NCBI RefSeq assembly: GCF_009914755.1
Contig: NC_060925.1
Length of the DNA stretch: 64,000 bases
Reading direction: 5' to 3' (one strand)
From: the human T2T-CHM13v2.0 reference genome, Homo sapiens
Below, in pieces: positions 59,101-64,000 of this stretch (position 1 is its first letter; every line of letters starts with the position of its first letter). The notes beneath the pieces were generated by a model. It ran no database searches. It was given only the letters and a program-made list of their open reading frames with translations, and was not told where the DNA came from. A program made the translations under genes and the position numbers.

Positions 59101-62100
59101 TCGAATGGAATCATCTTCTAATGGAAAGGAATGGAATCATCGCATAGAATCGAATGGAATTATCATCGAATGGAATCGAATGGTATCAACACCAAACGGA
59201 AAAAAACGGAATTATCGAATGGAATCGAAGAGAATCTTCGAACGGACCCGAATGGAATCATCTAATGGAATGCAATGGAATAATCCATGGACTCGAATGC
59301 AATCATCATCGAATGGAATCGAATGGAATCATCGAATGGACTCGAATGTAATAATCATTGAACGGAATCGAATGGAATCATCATCGGATGGAAACGAATG
59401 GAATCATCATCGAATGGAAATGAAAGGAGTCATCATCTAATGGAATTGCATGGAATCATCATAAAATGCAATCGAATGGAATCAACATCAAATGGAATCA
59501 AATGGAATCATTGAACGGAATTGAATGGAATCGTCATCGAATGAATTGACTGCAATCATCGAATGGTCTCGAATGGAATCATCTTCAAATGGAATGGAAT
59601 GGAATCATCGCATAGAATCGAATGGAATTATCATCGAATGGAATCGAATGGAATCAACATCAAACGGAAAAAAACAGAATTATCGTATGGAATCTAAGAG
59701 AATCATCGAATGGACCCGAATGGAATCATCTAATGGAATGGAATGGAATAATCCATGGACTCGAATGCAATCATCATCGAATGGAATCGAATGGAATCAT
59801 CGAATGGACTCGAATGGAATAATCATTGAACGGAATTGAATGGAATCATCATCGGATGGAAATGAATGGAATCATCATCGAATGGAATCGAATAGAATTA
59901 TGGAATGAAATCCAGTGTGATCATCATCGAATGGACCCGAATGGAATCATCATCCAACGGAAGCTAATGGAATCAACATCGAATGAATCGAATGGAAACA
60001 CCATCGAATTGAAACGAATGGAATTATCATGAAATTGAAATGGATGGACACATCATCGAATGGATTCGAATGGAATCATCGAATAAAATTGATTGAAATC
60101 ATCATCAAATGGAATCGAATGGTATCATTGAATGGAATCGAATGGAATCATCATCAGATGGAAATGAATGGAATCGTCATAGAATGGAATCGAATGGATT
60201 CATTGAATGGAATCAGATGGAATCATCGAATGGACTGGAATGGAATCATTGAATGGACTCGAAAGGGATCATTATTGAATGGAATTGAATGGAATCATCG
60301 AATGGTCTCGATTGGAATCATTACCAAATGGAATCGAATGGAATCACCGAATAGAATCGAATGGAACAATCATCGAATGGACTCAAATGGAATTATCCTC
60401 AAATGGAATCGAATGGAATTATCGAATGCAATCGAATGGAATTATCGAATGCAATCGAATAGAATCATCGAATGGACTCGAATGGAATCATCGAATGGAA
60501 TGGAATGGAACAGTCAATGAACTCGAATGGAATCATCATTGAATGGAATCGAATGGAATCATCGAGTGGAATCGAATGGAATTATGATCAAATGGAATCG
60601 AATGTATTCATCATCAAATGGAATCAAAAATAACCATCATCAATTGGTATTGAATGGAATTGTCATCAAATGGAATTCAAAGGAATCATCATCAAATGGA
60701 ACCGAATGGAATCCTCATTGAATGGAAATGAAAGGGGTCATCATCTAATGGAATCGCATGGAATCATCATCAAATGGAATCGAATGGAATCATCATCAAA
60801 TGGAATCTAATGGAATCATTGAACAGAATTGAATGGAATCGTCATCGAATGAATTGAATGCAATCATCGAATGGTCTCGAATGGAATCATCTTCTAATGG
60901 AAAGGAATGGAATCATCGCATAGAATCGAATGGAATTATCATCGAATGGAATCGAATGGTATCAACACCAAACGGAAAAAAACGGAATTATCGAATGGAA
61001 TCGAAGAGAATCTTCGAACGGACCCGAATGGAATCATCTAATGGAATGGAATGGAATAATCCATGGACTCGAATGCAATCATCATCGAATGGAATGGAAT
61101 GGAATCATCGAATGGACTCGAATGGAATAATCATTGAACGGAATCGAATGGAATCATCATCGGATGGAAACGAATGGAATCATCATCGAATGGAAATGAA
61201 AGGAGTCATCATCTAATGGAATTGCATGGAATCATCATAAAATGGAATCGAATGGAATCAACCTCAAATGGAATCAAATGGAATCATTGAACGGAATTGA
61301 ATGGAATCGTCATCGAATGAATTGACTGCAATCATCGAATGGTCTCGAATGGAATCATCTTCAAATGGAATGGAATGGAATCATCGCATAGAATCGAATG
61401 GAATTATCATCGAATGGAATCGAATGGAATCAACATCAAACGGAAAAAAACGGAATTATCGAATGGAATCGAAGAGAATCATCGAATGGACCCGAATGGA
61501 ATCATCTAATGGAATGGAATGGAATAATCCATGGACTCGAATGCAATCATCATCGAATGGAATCGAATGGAATCATCGAATGGACTCGAATGGAATAATC
61601 ATTGAACGGAATCGAATGGAATCATCATCGGATGGAAATGAATGGAATCATCATCGAATGGAATCGAATAGAATTATGGAATGAAATCCAGTGTGATCAT
61701 CATCGAATGGACCCGAATGGAATCATCATCCAACGGAAGCTAATGGAATCAACATCGAATGAATCGAATGGAAACACCATCGAATTGAAACGAATGGAAT
61801 TATCATGAAATTGAAATGGATGGACTCATCATCGAATGGATTCGAATGGAATCATCGAATAAAATTGATTGAAATCATCATGCAATGGAATCGAATGGTA
61901 TCATTGAATGGAATCGAATGGAATCATCATCAGATGGAAATGAATGGAATCGTCATAGAATGGAATCGAATGGATTCATTGAATGGAATCAGATGGAATC
62001 ATCGAATGGACTGGAATGGAATCATTGAATGGACTCGAAAGGGATCATTATTGAATGGAATTGAATGGAATCATCGAATGGTCTCGATTGGAATCATTAC

Positions 62101-64000
62101 CAAATGGAATCGAATGGAATCACCGAATAGAATCGAATGGAACAATCATCGAATGGACTCAAATGGAATTATCCTCAAATGGAATCGAATGGAATTATCG
62201 AATGCAATCGAATGGAATTATCGAATGCAATCGAATAGAATCATCGAATGGACTCGAATGGAATCATCGAATGGAATGGAATGGAACAGTCAATGAACTC
62301 GAATGGAATCATCATTGAATGGAATCGAATGGAATCATCGAGTGGAATCGAATGGAATTATGATCAAATGGAATCGAATGTATTCATCATCAAATGGAAT
62401 CAAAAATAACCATCATCAATTGGTATTGAATGGAATTGTCATCAAATGGAATTCAAAGGAATCATCATCAAATGGAACCGAATGGAATCCTCATTGAATG
62501 GAAATGAAAGGGGTCATCATCTAATGGAATCGCATGGAATCATCATCAAATGGAATCGAATGGAATCATCATCAAATGGAATCTAATGGAATCATTGAAC
62601 AGAATTGAATGGAATCGTCATCGAATGAATTGAATGCAATCATCGAATGGTCTCGAATGGAATCATCTTCTAATGGAAAGGAATGGAATCATCGCATAGA
62701 ATCGAATGGAATTATCATCGAATGGAATCGAATGGTATCAACACCAAACGGAAAAAAACGGAATTATCGAATGGAATCGAAGAGAATCTTCGAACGGACC
62801 CGAATGGAATCATCTAATGGAATGGAATGGAATAATCCATGGACTCGAATGCAATCATAATCGAATGGAATCGAATGGAATCATCGAATGGACTCGAATG
62901 GAATAATCATTGAACGGAATCGAATGGAATCATCATCGGATGGAAATGAATGGAATCATCATCGAATGGAAATGAAAGGAGTCATCATCTAATGGAATTG
63001 CATGGAATCATCATAAAATGGAATCGAATGGAATCAACCTCAAATGGAATCAAATGGAATCATTGAACGGAATTGAATGGAATCGTCATCGAATTAATTG
63101 ACTGCAATCATCGAATGGTCTCGAATGGAATCATCTTCAAATGGAATGGAATGGAATCATCGCATAGAATCGAATGGAATTATCATCGAATGGAATCGAA
63201 TGGAATCAACATCAAACGGAATAAAAACGGAATTATCGAATGGAATCGAAGAGAATCATCGAATGGACCCGAATGGAATCATCTAATGGAATGGAATGGA
63301 ATAATCCATGGACTCGAATGCAATCATCATCGAATGGAATCGAATGGAATCATCGAATGGACTCGAATGGAATAATCATTGAACGGAATCGAATGGAATC
63401 ATCATCGGATGGAAATGAATGGAATCATCATCGAATGGAATCGAATAGAATTATGGAATGAAATCCAGTGTGATCATCATCGAATGGACCCGAATGGAAT
63501 CATCATCCAACGGAAGCTAATGGAATCAACATCGAATGAATCGAATGGAAACACCATCGAATTGAAACGAATGGAATTATCATGAAATTGAAATGGATGG
63601 ACTCATCATCGAATGGATTCGAATGGAATCATCGAATAAAATTGATTGAAATCATCATGCAATGGAATCGAATGGTATCATTGAATGGAATCGAATGGAA
63701 TCATCATCAGATGGAAATGAATGGAATCGTCATAGAATGGAATCGAATGGATTCATTGAATGGAATCAGATGGAATCATCGAATGGACTGGAATGGAATC
63801 ATTGAATGGACTCGAAAGGGATCATTATTGAATGGAATTGAATGGAATCATCGAATGGTCTCGATTGGAATCATTATCACATGGAATCGAATGGAATCAC
63901 CGAATAGAATCGAATGGAACAATCATCGAATGGACTCAAATGGAATTATCCTCAAATGGAATCGAATGGAATTATCGAATGCAATCGAATGGAATTATCG

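Larger units (their letters stand above)
1..64000 (+). repeat. Satellite II (HSat2/HSATII) tandem array with ~1776-bp unit; probably human 1q12 pericentromeric heterochromatin (HSat2A / D1Z1-type)
   Basis: Whole window is GAATG-derived with ATCATCGAATGGAATCGAATGG motifs, which distinguishes HSat2 from pure (GGAAT)n HSat3. The landmark ORF 'MESSSNEL' recurs at 1023, 2799, 4575 ... 62609, with 28 of 36 spacings exactly 1776 bp. Both window ends lie inside the array. Chromosome assignment is inferred from unit length. Confidence 0.96.

Noticed and set aside
26-63585. About 200 short + strand ORFs (60-180 aa) rich in MEWN/GIIE/NHR
   Set aside because: They are translations of the GAATG satellite. 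They overlap in multiple frames, recur every unit, and are freely broken or fused by single substitutions (e.g. 163 aa versus 81+81 aa via TTA/TGA). I recognise no domain in them.
1-64000. Unit lengths 1776, 468, 1308 and 498 are multiples of 3, suggesting frame conservation
   Set aside because: Other indels (10, 23 and 1 bp) are not multiples of 3, and every unit contains stops in all frames.
1-64000. CRISPR-like repeat/spacer organisation
   Set aside because: There are no unique spacers or cas genes; all sequence derives from the same satellite motif.
1-64000. HSat3 / heat-shock-element (HSF1 stress body) interpretation and (GGAAT)n fold-back structure
   Set aside because: Pure GGAAT runs reach only about three copies, ATCATCG motifs identify HSat2, and the GAA repeats are direct rather than alternating inverted nGAAn arrays.
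1-64000. Inversion, strand switch, or inserted Alu/L1/unique sequence
   Set aside because: I saw none. Landmark spacings from 1023 to 62609 sum exactly to the described unit lengths (61,586 bp), leaving no room for an insertion, and no CATTC-strand tract appears.

Overview
The whole 64-kb window is one uninterrupted, single-orientation tandem array of primate classical satellite II (HSat2/HSATII). It is built from GAATG/GGAAT pentamer derivatives with the ATCATCGAATGGAATCGAATGGA core, and the + strand is the GAATG strand. The dominant repeat unit is 1776 bp, with one EcoRI site per unit, which fits the ~1.77-kb human chromosome 1q12 satellite (pUC1.77/D1Z1, HSat2A-type); that chromosomal assignment is inferred. 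I see no credible genes, RNA genes, mobile elements or CRISPR arrays, and all listed ORFs are translations of the satellite. I did not find a new gene system. What the window does show is array architecture. Of 36 intervals between 37 unit landmarks (1023..62609), 28 are 1776 bp and 8 are variants (1331 x2, 1773, 1301, 1308 x2, 1753 x2). Each unit has an internal 468-bp duplication that has collapsed at three different crossover points. There is also a 498-bp microhomology deletion, gains and losses of a 23-bp sub-repeat, and nested multi-unit duplications (3552-bp dimer, 5305-bp trimer, ~6.65-kb tetramer, and distant blocks at 11,021 and 15,938 bp offset) revealed by shared variants. Variants were compared by eye and from the ORF track, not by alignment.
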